Part shown: positions 1 through 11,913 of the stretch, piece after piece
Numbering within the stretch: position 1 is the first letter of the stretch
Layout: every line of letters starts with the position of its first letter
Assembly (NCBI GenBank): GCA_963719945.1
Contig: CAVRDX010000001.1
Location: 128,001 to 192,000 of the forward strand
Source: an uncultured Thermoplasmata archaeon
GTDB taxonomy: Archaea; Thermoplasmatota; Thermoplasmata; UBA10834
DNA: 64,000 nucleotides
Direction: 5' to 3'
The notes under the pieces: model-generated
What the model saw: only the letters and a program-made list of their open reading frames with translations
The model's database searches: none
Told to the model about the DNA's origin: nothing
Translations under genes and position numbers: made by a program

Positions 1-2247
<2,247 letters not shown>

Positions 2248-2454
2248 TATGCTTGTCGGCTCAGCACACGTCCGGATTGCACATGATCGGTATTCACCGG
2301 GGCCCGCAGGTCCTTCCGTCCCGTTGCCCCTCAACCATCTTCCCCGGTCCATAAATGGCCGAGTGCACGATTCCCCATCCTTATACAAGACGACGATTCC
2401 ATACATAGGAATTGTGCCTCGCCATAGGCTGGGGTATCCCGCTATGTTTGGTCC

Positions 2455-2466
2455 TGTATAAAAGCG
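2455..2466 (-). promoter_or_regulatory. Putative TATA box of the stand-alone 23S rRNA transcript
   Basis: Minus strand reads GCTTTTATACAG about 200 nt upstream of the 23S 5' end, with no 16S gene in between. Confidence 0.55.
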
Positions 2467-2603
2467 TTGCCGTGCCTGTTTGAAACCCCATAATCGACGA
2501 TGGCAAACGGGTCGGCATCGCTATCGTTTATCGACATCGACCGAAACACCGAAATGTTGATTTGTCCAGTCGTTCATGGCGCATTAGGATGGGGTGAGAT
2601 TTA

Positions 2604-3344
2604 TTGACTTCTGAACAACCAGAGACCCGCGCAGATGAAGTGGTAGAAGCTTCCGAAGGGCCCAAGGCTTCTGAGCCCGCACCTTCGCCTCCCACGGATG
2701 CTGGCATCAGCCAAACCGACCCTACATCGACCCATGGTGAGGAATGGATGGAGGAATATGAGGCCGAGAAGAAGCCGCGGAGGAAGATACCTCATCTCCT
2801 TGGCATCAGCATCGCTGTGGCAATCGTGCTCATGCTGGTCATCTGGACGTTGCTCAGTCCTCAGGTCCTCCCCGTTTCCGGAGAGACCTACCTGCGCTCT
2901 TCCACGTACGCAAGCCTTGGGAACTACAGCGGGGACCTGGATATCAAATGGTTGTTGAACGCGGTCCATGTCGCCGACACCACTTGGGGCGTTTCGATAG
3001 CTGGTGATCCACAAGCCGCATCAGGGGCTGTCGTGACGTTCAATGTGCTCATCACCAAGGTGAGCGAGGAGATGAAGAACCCGTGGTTCGTCGGGACTTC
3101 CATAAAGCTCAAGGATGCTGCACTCTTCACGGAGGACGGAACAGAGGTCGGGACCATGGTCAGCCGGTCGAGCGAAAGGTTCGGGACCATCGCGGAGATT
3201 GAGGCGACATTCGATTCGCCCGGGAATTACACCTGTTACGTATACACGGAGATCACAATATACGGCAAGATGCTGGTCGGTTACGTCCCGGTGAAGGTTC
3301 TGCGCATGACCGCATATCTTGACGCGGATATGATCGTCACATAG
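2604..3344 (+). CDS. Hypothetical single-pass membrane protein
   Basis: 246-aa ORF with GGGGTGA SD and TTG start; acidic N-terminus, one TM helix, beta-rich C-terminal part. Confidence 0.7.
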   Translation: MTSEQPETRADEVVEASEGPKASEPAPSPPTDAGISQTDPTSTHGEEWMEEYEAEKKPRRKIPHLLGISIAVAIVLMLVIWTLLSPQVLPVSGETYLRSSTYASLGNYSGDLDIKWLLNAVHVADTTWGVSIAGDPQAASGAVVTFNVLITKVSEEMKNPWFVGTSIKLKDAALFTEDGTEVGTMVSRSSERFGTIAEIEATFDSPGNYTCYVYTEITIYGKMLVGYVPVKVLRMTAYLDADMIVT

Positions 3345-3411
3345 GCGTGCGTCGCGCTCATCCTACGTTAATAGTTGATATATAGTGTAGCGGGCATCGG
3401 AGCTGATAGCC

Positions 3412-4053
3412 ATGACTATGGAACTGATACTCATCCGACACGGCGAGACCGAATGGAACAAGGATAAGGTCTTCCGAGGTCAGATGGACATGCGATTGAA
3501 CGCTACAGGCATCGTCCAGGCGGATGCGGTCGCAGACCTGTTGAAAGACAGGGTTTTCGATGCGATATACACGAGCCCGTTGAAACGCGCCGTCGTGACT
3601 GCTCGCAGGATTGCAAAACCCCATGGCATCGAGGCCCGGGAGGCACCGGGTCTGACCGACATGCACTTCGGTAGGTGGCAGGGGCTCACCGAGACCCAGG
3701 TGAACGAGAAATTTTCCTCGGCCTACAGGAAATGGAACACCAACCCTGCCTGGATGAAAGTTCCTGGAGGGGAGAGCACCAGGAGAGCCTGGAAGAGGAT
3801 AAACAGCCAGCTGAGGGAGATCCTGTTCATGCACGGTACTGGGACCGTGGTCATCGTGTCCCACAGGGTACCTCTGAAGATGATGACCGCTTACCTCCTC
3901 AAGATGAAGAGAGGTGAGATAACGAAGATAAAGCACGACCCTTGTGCGATATCGGTCTTCGATGTGCCCGACCGATACAGTGTCAAGGCGGTGACTCTCA
4001 ACGAATCTAGCCACCTGAAGAAATTGGAGCTGCCACCAGCCGAAGACTTCTGA
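3412..4053 (+). CDS. Histidine phosphatase (phosphoglycerate mutase-like) family protein
   Basis: LIRHGETEWN, SPLKRA and VVIVSH motifs. Confidence 0.92.
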   Translation: MTMELILIRHGETEWNKDKVFRGQMDMRLNATGIVQADAVADLLKDRVFDAIYTSPLKRAVVTARRIAKPHGIEAREAPGLTDMHFGRWQGLTETQVNEKFSSAYRKWNTNPAWMKVPGGESTRRAWKRINSQLREILFMHGTGTVVIVSHRVPLKMMTAYLLKMKRGEITKIKHDPCAISVFDVPDRYSVKAVTLNESSHLKKLELPPAEDF

Positions 4054-4061
4054 AGGACATC

Positions 4062-4760
4062 TCAGAGATATCTCGCAAGTGAATCCAAGTTCGTTATGCG
4101 CTGGTATTGCGAATCGGGGAACGCCTCGTTCCTATCGACCAGGATTGCCTTCATGCCTGCGCCAATCGCACCCACTATGTCGATGGACGGCTTGTCGCCC
4201 AGGAAGAGCGACCTGTGCGCCTTGGTCCCCGCCATCTCGAGCGCGATCTCGAATATCCTTTTGTCCGGTTTCCTCACACCGACCTCGTCGGATATCACGA
4301 TGAAATCGAAGTACTTCTCCATGTCCAGGTTCGCGAGAACCCTTCTTGCGAGCTCGGTCGCGTTGGACACGAGGCCGACCATGAGTCCCCTCTTCTTCGT
4401 TGCGATGAGCGTCGGTATCGCGTCTGGGTATGGCACCCAGCTCTCTACTTTCATCGCGTGGGTCCTGAACTCCTTGGATATGTCCTTCGAGAAAGTCTCC
4501 AGGTCGATGGCCGACCCTATCTCATCCAGCACTATCCTGTCGTAATCGTTCCAGAATGATGTTTCATCCTTTCCATGGAGCTTGGAGAAAGCCAGGTCAG
4601 TAACTCTTTCGGCCTTGCGCATGGCAAGAATCAGTCTGGTATCATCGATGTCTTCGCCATTGGATGAGAGCACTGTTGAGATCAGATCCTTATGTGTGGG
4701 GTTGAGGTCCCAGAGGACTCCCCCCGCATCGAACATGACTGCATCGTACTCTTCAGTCAT
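4062..4760 (-). CDS. HAD-superfamily hydrolase
   Basis: FDAGGVL, VSN, KPDKRIF and GDKPSIDIVGA motifs. Confidence 0.9.
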   Translation of the reverse strand: MTEEYDAVMFDAGGVLWDLNPTHKDLISTVLSSNGEDIDDTRLILAMRKAERVTDLAFSKLHGKDETSFWNDYDRIVLDEIGSAIDLETFSKDISKEFRTHAMKVESWVPYPDAIPTLIATKKRGLMVGLVSNATELARRVLANLDMEKYFDFIVISDEVGVRKPDKRIFEIALEMAGTKAHRSLFLGDKPSIDIVGAIGAGMKAILVDRNEAFPDSQYQRITNLDSLARYL

Positions 4761-4815
4761 GGCTATCTCGAGGGTATCTCATCGTATGTAATGGTGTTGC
4801 CCTCTTGACCCAAGT

Positions 4816-5673
4816 TCATCTGATCAGTTCTGGCACATCCGTCGGGATCCTGGCGACTTTCACTCCAGCGGCTTCGAGTGCGGTGATCTTGCTCTCCGCG
4901 GTCCCTCTGCCTCTGGCGATTATTGCGCCTGCATGTCCCATCCTCTTGCCTGGAGGCGCAGTCCTTCCGGCGATGTATGCGACTACGGGCTTGGTCACGT
5001 TCTTCTTGATGAACTCCGCGGCCTCCTCCTCGGCGGTGCCTCCGATCTCGCCGACCATCACGATCTTCTTGGTCAACGGATCGTTCTGGAACTTTGCCAG
5101 CACATCCACGAAGTTCGTTCCCGGGACCCTGTCCCCTCCTATGCCGACACAGGTCGATTGTCCGATGCCTTGCTCGGTCATCGCGTTGACGATCTCGTAT
5201 GTCAAGGTGCCTGATCTGGAGACCACGCCCACGTCGCCTTTCATGAATATCTTGCTGGGCAGGATGCCTACTTTCCCAAGTCCAGGCGATGCCAAGCCTG
5301 GACAGTTGGGTCCTATCAGCACGACCCCTCTGCTTCTGGCCACTGCGACGAAATGTATCGCATCATGGACCGGTACATGTTCGGTGACCGCGACGATGGT
5401 CTTGATGCCAGCGTCAATCGCTTCCATCACGGAATCGCGTGTGAAAGGCGCGGGGACGAATATGCAGGAAGTATTGGCTCCAGTCTTGGCGACTGCATCG
5501 GCGACCGAGTCGAAGACCGGTATGTCATTGACCATCTGGCCTGCCTTCCCTGGGGTGACCCCAGCGACCACCTTCGTTCCGAAATCCTTCATCGCTTTCG
5601 AGTGATATGTTCCCTGGTAGCCAGTTATGCCCTGGACTACCACCTTGGTGTTGGAATCTACAATGACTGCCAT
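4816..5673 (-). CDS. sucD: Succinyl-CoA synthetase alpha subunit
   Basis: QGITG, GPNCPG, SRSGTLTYE and RMGHAGA (phospho-His) motifs. Confidence 0.97.
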   Translation of the reverse strand: MAVIVDSNTKVVVQGITGYQGTYHSKAMKDFGTKVVAGVTPGKAGQMVNDIPVFDSVADAVAKTGANTSCIFVPAPFTRDSVMEAIDAGIKTIVAVTEHVPVHDAIHFVAVARSRGVVLIGPNCPGLASPGLGKVGILPSKIFMKGDVGVVSRSGTLTYEIVNAMTEQGIGQSTCVGIGGDRVPGTNFVDVLAKFQNDPLTKKIVMVGEIGGTAEEEAAEFIKKNVTKPVVAYIAGRTAPPGKRMGHAGAIIARGRGTAESKITALEAAGVKVARIPTDVPELIR

Positions 5674-5677
5674 AGTA

Positions 5678-6781
5678 TCACCTCAGTGACTCCTTCGAGG
5701 CCTTCTCAGCGGCCTCGCTCAGCCCAGATGCAGGTATCATCCCAGCGTTCCTGAGCATATCTCGCGCCAGCTCCTCGTTCACTCCCTTGATACGCGCGAC
5801 TATGGGTACCTTGGTCTTGATGTCCTTGATAGCTTCAAGCACACCTTTGGCGACCGTGTCGCACTTCGTGATCCCGCCGAATATGTTCAGCAGGATGACC
5901 TTCGGCTTCGCCTCTCCCATGAGCTGCATGGCCTCCCTGACCTTCTCTGGGTCGTCGGTGCCTCCGAGGTCAAGGAACACGCCTGCCTTGCCCCCGAACA
6001 TATTGATGCTGTCCAATGTGGCCATCGTGAGTCCAGCACCGTTGGCGATAACACCTATGTTTCCGTCCAATTGCACGAATGCGATGTCGAGCTTCTTCGC
6101 CTTCGCTTCCAAAGGCGTGAGGTCTTCCTCCAGCTCGTCATATTCCTTGTGCCTGAACATGGCATCGGAATCGATGGTTATCTTGGCGTCACCGGCGACG
6201 ACCTTGCCGTCCTTCGTGATAACGAGCGGATTGATCTCGACCAACTCCGCATCCTCGCTCTCGGCCAGCTCATAGATCTTGGATACGATGCCCATAACCT
6301 GGACTCCCTGCTCTTTTGGCAGTCCAAGGAAGCTGGCGACCCGTCTGCCGATGAATTGCTGATATCCCATCAGCGGGTCGATCGGAAGCATCAGCAGCTT
6401 GTCATCGGGAACGGATTCGATATCCATCCCTCCACTTGCGGATGCCATCAGAAGCATGCCACGGCGGCTTCTATCAATTGTCATTCCCAGATACAGCTCT
6501 TTGTCGACATCGAGCCGCTGCTCCAGGAGCACCTGCTTCGTGATGTATCCCTTGATGTTCATGCCTAGGATTGCGGAGGCGACCTTCTTCGCTTCGGCGA
6601 CGGTCTTCGCGGGCTTTATGCCGCCCGCCTTGCCTCTTCCTCCTATCAATACCTGAGCCTTCACCATGACGGGACCTGGCAATGCCTTGATCTCGTCCGG
6701 CGAGGACACGACCTGTCCGATCGGGATCGGTATGCCGTGCTTCCTCATCAGCTCCTTGGCTTTGAACTCATACAGTTTCAT
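5678..6781 (-). CDS. sucC: Succinyl-CoA synthetase beta subunit
   Basis: MKLYEFKAK, GGRGKAGG, EINPL, NGAGL and NIFGGI motifs; adjacent to sucD. Confidence 0.96.
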   Translation of the reverse strand: MKLYEFKAKELMRKHGIPIPIGQVVSSPDEIKALPGPVMVKAQVLIGGRGKAGGIKPAKTVAEAKKVASAILGMNIKGYITKQVLLEQRLDVDKELYLGMTIDRSRRGMLLMASASGGMDIESVPDDKLLMLPIDPLMGYQQFIGRRVASFLGLPKEQGVQVMGIVSKIYELAESEDAELVEINPLVITKDGKVVAGDAKITIDSDAMFRHKEYDELEEDLTPLEAKAKKLDIAFVQLDGNIGVIANGAGLTMATLDSINMFGGKAGVFLDLGGTDDPEKVREAMQLMGEAKPKVILLNIFGGITKCDTVAKGVLEAIKDIKTKVPIVARIKGVNEELARDMLRNAGMIPASGLSEAAEKASKESLR

Positions 6782-6855
6782 CTCAGATTCGCCTTCGCTC
6801 GTAAGCGGGAACAACTGTATTTAGCAATTATCACGAGACAGATATTCATGTTCCT

Positions 6856-7509
6856 ATGGCCATGATTGTGCAACCTCGTCGAAAGGCTTATCAGACATCC
6901 ATCCAATCAACCAGCCCTATGCAGCGAGATGTGAAGATTGAAACTTTGATCGTGTTGTCTGCGTTGGTGTTCGCCACTCTCGCTGTGACCATGTTCCTCG
7001 TGCCTTTCGAGGACAATAATACCAGGATATTCTTCGTGAGCCTCGCCGCGATCCTCGTTTCGATTAACATAGCCGGGTTCTTCATGGTCTGGAGCTCCTC
7101 CCCAACCATAGTGGACGAGATATTCCTGATGACGCCTGACGGACGTCTTTTGAAGCATTACACCCGCCGGCTGAGGCCCGACCAGGATGAGGACATCCTC
7201 GCAGGTATGCTCACAGCCGTGCAGAACTTCATACGTGAGAGTTTCGATGAGAGCGGCGGGCGGCTGAAGGAAATACGTTTCGAACACTACGATATCGTGA
7301 TATCCCACTCGAAGAACGTCGTCATCGCAGCGATAATATCCACCAAGAAGCCAGAGAAGCTCAGGCTGCAGCTGACCATGGTCACGGACGACCTCGAGAA
7401 GCACTTCGGAAGCAAGCTCAAGAACTGGGGAGGCGACAAGGCGGATCTGACCGGTGTGGATATCATAATGAAGAAGCTTCTGAGTGGGAAGTATCGAAAG
7501 CCCCTCTGA
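6856..7509 (+). CDS. Membrane protein with C-terminal longin/roadblock-like domain
   Basis: Two TM helices, then IFLMTPDGRLL...DILAGMLTAVQNFIRESF...EIRFEHY, a longin-like beta-beta-alpha-beta pattern. Start uncertain. Confidence 0.65.
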   Translation: MAMIVQPRRKAYQTSIQSTSPMQRDVKIETLIVLSALVFATLAVTMFLVPFEDNNTRIFFVSLAAILVSINIAGFFMVWSSSPTIVDEIFLMTPDGRLLKHYTRRLRPDQDEDILAGMLTAVQNFIRESFDESGGRLKEIRFEHYDIVISHSKNVVIAAIISTKKPEKLRLQLTMVTDDLEKHFGSKLKNWGGDKADLTGVDIIMKKLLSGKYRKPL

Positions 7510-7553
7510 TGATAAAAAGCTTTTAAGCCATCCACTGCCTATTGCGCTCCTGG

Positions 7554-8370
7554 ATGGAGCTTAAGGAGCTTCTGATGAAAGTCGTCCTCCTGGGCGACGG
7601 CGCAGTAGGCAAGACATCCCTTATAGCCAGGTATGTCGTCAACAAGTTCGATGACAAGTACATCGCTACAATTGGTACCAAAGTGTCCAAGAAGGACATG
7701 CAGCTGACGAAGCCCAACCTTATAATCAACCTCAGATTGATGATATGGGACATCCTGGGTCAGAAGGAATATGCCAAGATCCGGAGTGCGAGCTTGAGCG
7801 GTGCCCAGGGAGTCATCGTCGTGGGAGACCTCACTCGGCCCGAGACCGTCCAGGCGATCGAGACTTTTTGGCTCCGAGAGGTCGGGAGCATCGTGGGCAA
7901 GGTTCCGACCATACTCCTCGGGAACAAGGCGGACATTGCGGACATGACATCGATGTCCATCACCACCCTCGAGTCTATGGGGCAGAAGCTCGGATGCCCG
8001 ATATTCCTCACGAGCGCCAGGACTGGCGAGAACTGTCGAGGCTGCGTTCGACGCGCTTGCGCAGATGTTGGTCGAGGACGTGGTGGCCCGCAGGATGAAG
8101 GCTGAAGAGGACGCACCCCAATCGCTCGCAGAGGTTGTGGATTTTATCATTCAGGATTTTTGTGCCCAATACGGTGATCTCGAGAAGGCTATGCTGATAG
8201 TCCAACACCAGTTCGAGGAGGCGGAAGTGGACATAAGGAAGCCGAACAAGGATGCGGTCCTCCAGGCGCTGGAAGGCCTTGCGAAGGCAGAGGAGCTCTC
8301 GCTCACCAAGACCGTCGCCCTCGTGAACCTGGAAGAGCGCCAGAAGCTCGTAGTGCTGGCGAAAGGCTAG
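7554..8370 (+). pseudogene. Rab-like small GTPase with C-terminal extension; +1 frameshift at ~8034 (pseudogene or sequencing error)
   Basis: G1 GDGAVGKTS, G2 TIG, G3 WDILGQ, G4 NKAD, G5 TSARTG. Removing T8034 restores ...TGENVEAAFDALAQMLVED... and joins ORF 8065-8370. Confidence 0.85.
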
Positions 8371-8456
8371 GATATCTGGATTCGCTGTCGAAAATAGGAA
8401 GCCCAACCAAGTCGGAGGCCAAGGTTTTATAAGGCTCGAGCCATCCGGATTCTGGA

Positions 8457-9104
8457 ATGAAGGTCCACTACATAGCAGGGGTGGCGTACGACAGCAACGT
8501 GTACCTTCTGGAAGATGACGACCCGATCCTCGTGGATGCGGGCACCGGCATGAATGTCGATACGACTCTGGAGGAGGTGTCTAGGATAGTTCCTCTGAAG
8601 GATATCGGCCGTGTGGTGCTCACGCACAGTCACTACGACCATATGGGCGGGGCCGAGGCGATCCAGAAGGCGACGGGCGCGAAGCTATACCTGCACGAGA
8701 TAGAATCGGATCTGATATCGGCTGGAGATACCTCTCTGACCGTGTCACAGATGTTCGGCATGAAATTCGCCAATCTAGATGTCGAGCCGCTCAAGACCGG
8801 CCAGAAACTCAAGTGCGGTTCTGCTGAGCTGGAGGTCCTTCACACCCCTGGTCATTCGCCAGGTTCCATAACGCTCCTTGACCGGACAGGCATGTCTGCG
8901 ATCGTGGGTGACACCGTGTTCTGCGACGGAGGAGTCGGTCGGTGGGACCTTCCGGGCGGGGACCTGTCTGAGCTCAGATCTTCCCTGATTCGATTGAAAG
9001 GGCTGGGACTGAAGAACATGTACCCTGGTCATGGGTCATACGCCGAGGGTGATGCGCAATATCATCTCAAGCTCTCGACGGAGTACATATCGGAGGCATA
9101 CTGA
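8457..9104 (+). CDS. MBL-fold metallo-hydrolase
   Basis: THSHYDHMGG, HTPGHSPG, GD and PGHG motifs. Confidence 0.93.
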   Translation: MKVHYIAGVAYDSNVYLLEDDDPILVDAGTGMNVDTTLEEVSRIVPLKDIGRVVLTHSHYDHMGGAEAIQKATGAKLYLHEIESDLISAGDTSLTVSQMFGMKFANLDVEPLKTGQKLKCGSAELEVLHTPGHSPGSITLLDRTGMSAIVGDTVFCDGGVGRWDLPGGDLSELRSSLIRLKGLGLKNMYPGHGSYAEGDAQYHLKLSTEYISEAY

Positions 9105-9748
9105 TGAAAGTGCTGAAGTGCACGGGGCACAAGGAAGTCTGCAAGAAGTGCGATCTGCCAGAGAAGGATGTGGACGAGCTCATAGCGGTGCTCAAAGCCG
9201 GTGAGCTGATCGTCTTCCCGACGGACACCCTATATGGCATAGGTGCTGATCCGTTCAAGGAATCTTCCGTGAAGAAGGTCTTCATCGCGAAGAACAGGCC
9301 TTTCGACATGCCTCTTTCCATCGCTGTGAGCAACGAGAAGATGATGGAGAGCGTCGCCGTTCTGAACGAGAAGGCGAGGGCTGTCATCAGGAAGTACATG
9401 CCCGGACCGATCACTATAATGCTTGCGAAGAAACCCAGCATACCGGATATCCTTACATCAGGTTCGAACCTCGTGGGTATCAGGATACCGGATCATCCCT
9501 TGGCAATCCGTCTGATAGACAGGTTCGGTCCGATCACCGCGACCAGCGCCAACCTCCACTCTCAGAAGGACCCGGTGGACGCTTCGATATCGAAGAAGGA
9601 TCTGAAGGACCATATCAAGATCTGCGTCGATTGCGGCAAGACCAAGTACGCCGCCCCATCTACCATCGTAGACGTATCGGATGGCGAGGTGGACGTCATC
9701 CGGAAGGGCGTAATACCTCAGGAGGAGATTGAGAACGCCCTCCGTTAA
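9104..9748 (+). CDS. L-threonylcarbamoyladenylate synthase (Sua5/YrdC/TsaC family)
   Basis: PTDTLYG, KNRP, PGP, GIRIP, TSAN and PSTIVD motifs. Confidence 0.93.
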   Translation: MKVLKCTGHKEVCKKCDLPEKDVDELIAVLKAGELIVFPTDTLYGIGADPFKESSVKKVFIAKNRPFDMPLSIAVSNEKMMESVAVLNEKARAVIRKYMPGPITIMLAKKPSIPDILTSGSNLVGIRIPDHPLAIRLIDRFGPITATSANLHSQKDPVDASISKKDLKDHIKICVDCGKTKYAAPSTIVDVSDGEVDVIRKGVIPQEEIENALR

Positions 9749-10628
9749 TGACGATATGCTGAAGAAATACAAGCTCGCCGGGGCCATCGCCCGCGAGGCG
9801 AGGGAGTTCGGTGTTTCCCACGCCAAGGCTGGAGTCAGCGCACTGGAGCTTGCCAACGCAATGGAATCATTGATTCGCTCTAAAGGTGGCGAGTGTGCAT
9901 TCCCTGTCAATATCGGGATCAACGAGGTAGCTGCGCATTATACCCCTTCCAAAGCAGACGATGTCCTACTCAAGATCGGAGACGTCGTCAAGCTCGATGT
10001 GGGCTCCCACATAGACGGTTATCCCGCGGATACATCCGCAACCGTGGAGATCGGCACCAGGAACAACCAGTCACTCATCACGTCAGCCGAGGACGCTCTC
10101 AAGATGTGCGTGGAGATGATCGCACCTGGAACCACTCTATCTGCCATCGGAGAGGCGGTGGACCGAGCGATATCATCTGCAGGGTTCAAACCGATCGAGA
10201 ACCTCACAGGTCATAGCATGGAACGTTTCAATCTCCACGCGGGCCTGAGCATTCCGAATGTAAAGACAAAGGACAGGGCTTTTGTCGAAGAAGGCATGAT
10301 CCTTGCGATCGAGCCGTTCTCAACGACGGGTTCCGGAAGGGTGAAGGGTGCGTGCAGGGGGAACATCTACAGGATAATGAGGGACCGCCGCGCACCCGCG
10401 GAGATATCCACGATGTTCTCACGGATGCAGAGCAAATTCGGATCGTTCCCTTTCGCGTCCAGGTGGTGTGACGATCTTCATCCGAACGCCCAGACTCTTC
10501 TTCCAAAGATGTTGCGTATGGGCATGGTGATGAACTACCCCGTGCTGTCCGAGGTTCGCGGAGGCGTAGTCGCCCAGGCGGAACACTCGGTGCTGGTCAC
10601 CAAGAATAGCTGCATTGTTTTGACTTGA
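9729..10628 (+). CDS. map: Methionine aminopeptidase type II
   Basis: AFPVNI, AAHYTP, DGYPADT, NLTGH, AIEPF and QAEHS motifs. Start uncertain. Confidence 0.95.
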   Translation: MRTPSVNDDMLKKYKLAGAIAREAREFGVSHAKAGVSALELANAMESLIRSKGGECAFPVNIGINEVAAHYTPSKADDVLLKIGDVVKLDVGSHIDGYPADTSATVEIGTRNNQSLITSAEDALKMCVEMIAPGTTLSAIGEAVDRAISSAGFKPIENLTGHSMERFNLHAGLSIPNVKTKDRAFVEEGMILAIEPFSTTGSGRVKGACRGNIYRIMRDRRAPAEISTMFSRMQSKFGSFPFASRWCDDLHPNAQTLLPKMLRMGMVMNYPVLSEVRGGVVAQAEHSVLVTKNSCIVLT

Positions 10629-10708
10629 CGGAAGAAATTCTGAGCAAGCCTATCGTTGCATCGTCTACCCAAAATCGATTCTTTTCAAGCTGATGCAAAT
10701 GACGCTTG

Positions 10709-10880
10709 TTCCTCGCCGATGCCTCCCCACCCAGGCCCTTAAAGGGCACAGGTGGAGAGGCATGACGAACACCTCTTTTGTGAAAAAGTTGTGGGTGGTT
10801 CGAAATTCTGGAGGAAATGGCGAGGTGTGTTGGTGATGCCTCTCCTTTTTGGAGTTTTGCAGACTTCCTCCGAGTCTGTC
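10709..10880. ncRNA. Candidate structured non-coding RNA or regulatory element
   Basis: No long ORF; several long stems (10719-31/10751-63, 10754-75/10822-45, 10860-65/10873-78); AT-rich promoter-like stretch at ~10895-10916 on the minus strand. Confidence 0.35.
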
Positions 10881-11075
10881 AGAGGTTAATAAGTTCCCAT
10901 TATTTTAATCCTTTTCGCTTTCACCACATGTCGTTGGTTCATTTCTAGAAGGGGTTTTGGTCGATTGAATACATGATTGTGCCAGAACGCACCCCTTTGA
11001 GTAGGTGGTTTCCCATTTTGCTAGCATCTCCATTGTTGATATGCTAATCCGAATCGTGCTCGCGGACTGCGAATC

Positions 11076-11083
11076 TTTAATAG
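11076..11083 (+). promoter_or_regulatory. TATA box of tRNA-Leu
   Basis: TTTAATAG ending ~26 nt upstream of the tRNA 5' end. Confidence 0.6.
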
Positions 11084-11109
11084 ATATGTGACGCTAACCG
11101 TTGAGCTAA

Positions 11110-11194
11110 GCGAGGGTAGCCAAGCCCGGTCAAAGGCGACAGACTCAAGATCTGTTCTCGCAGGGGTTCCCCGGTTCAAATCCGGGCCCTCGCA
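11110..11194 (+). tRNA. tRNA-Leu (CAA)
   Basis: Acceptor stem GCGAGGG/CCCTCGC plus discriminator A; anticodon arm ACAGA-CTCAAGA-TCTGT; long variable arm; T-loop GGTTCAAATCC; no encoded CCA. Confidence 0.97.
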
Positions 11195-11228
11195 CATTAT
11201 TATTCTAAATGCGTAAATTATATTGTGT

Positions 11229-11250
11229 CACAGTTCAAATCAGGATCATG
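11229..11250 (+). repeat. 22-bp direct repeat, copy 1 (CACAGTTCAAATCAGGATCATG)
   Basis: 21/22 identical to 11860-11881; each copy precedes an ORF of cassette 1. Confidence 0.8.
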
Positions 11251-11283
11251 TAATGGTCCCGAACTCTGCAGCAGAAGTTCTAA

Positions 11284-11832
11284 GTGATGGCGATTCAATT
11301 CCCTGTTTGGTCGGGTGGCTGCCTGCGCATTGGGCATTTGGATGGTAAGAACAGGATATACGATTCTGATGGAGAGCTGATTCTCAAGGAGAGCGAGAGG
11401 CTTCTTGGCAGATATGTCAAAGTGGAATTAGACATCAAGAAAGGGTGGCGCATGTGGATGGTGGAGAGTGTCTTCACGAGAGAAGCAGGCGCCGTTACTT
11501 GCTACATTACAGACCGGAGAATTGTGTGCATAAGGCGTCCGGATGTCCACAAGGCCGGCGCCTATCTGATGACTCCCTATGGCGCTGCGGAAGGGATCGC
11601 AGATATGTACAAGGCTCGCAAGATTCTCGAAGCAGGCGGATTTGAGTTCTGTGAGTTCATGCCGGATGAGATTCGATTCTACAAGAAGTATCCTGCGGTG
11701 ATGAGTCTCAGGATGATGGATGGTGGAAAGAAATACAGTGCAGACTTCACGATAAAGGGCAAAGCCTTGTCACCTCATTTCCGTCCCGCTCTGATGTCTT
11801 GGGTGGAGAGTAAAGGGATTTCACCAGCGTGA
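11284..11832 (+). CDS. Hypothetical protein (cassette 1), possibly PH/GRAM-like fold
   Basis: 182-aa ORF; CYITDRRIVC resembles PH/GRAM-like segments (weak). Confidence 0.65.
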   Translation: MMAIQFPVWSGGCLRIGHLDGKNRIYDSDGELILKESERLLGRYVKVELDIKKGWRMWMVESVFTREAGAVTCYITDRRIVCIRRPDVHKAGAYLMTPYGAAEGIADMYKARKILEAGGFEFCEFMPDEIRFYKKYPAVMSLRMMDGGKKYSADFTIKGKALSPHFRPALMSWVESKGISPA

Positions 11833-11859
11833 TGCTTCAATCTCCTATGGCCTTCTCTC

Positions 11860-11881
11860 CACAGTTCAAATCAGCATCATG
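11860..11881 (+). repeat. 22-bp direct repeat, copy 2 (CACAGTTCAAATCAGCATCATG)
   Basis: 21/22 identical to 11229-11250. Confidence 0.8.
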
Positions 11882-11913
11882 CGTAACCACTCGATTCATA
11901 AGGACTGAGTTCA

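Noticed and set aside
10700-10880. RNase P or SRP RNA
   Set aside because: GGAGGAAGTC on the minus strand only loosely resembles the RNase P motif; the 3' P4 partner and the SRP helix-8 motif were not found.
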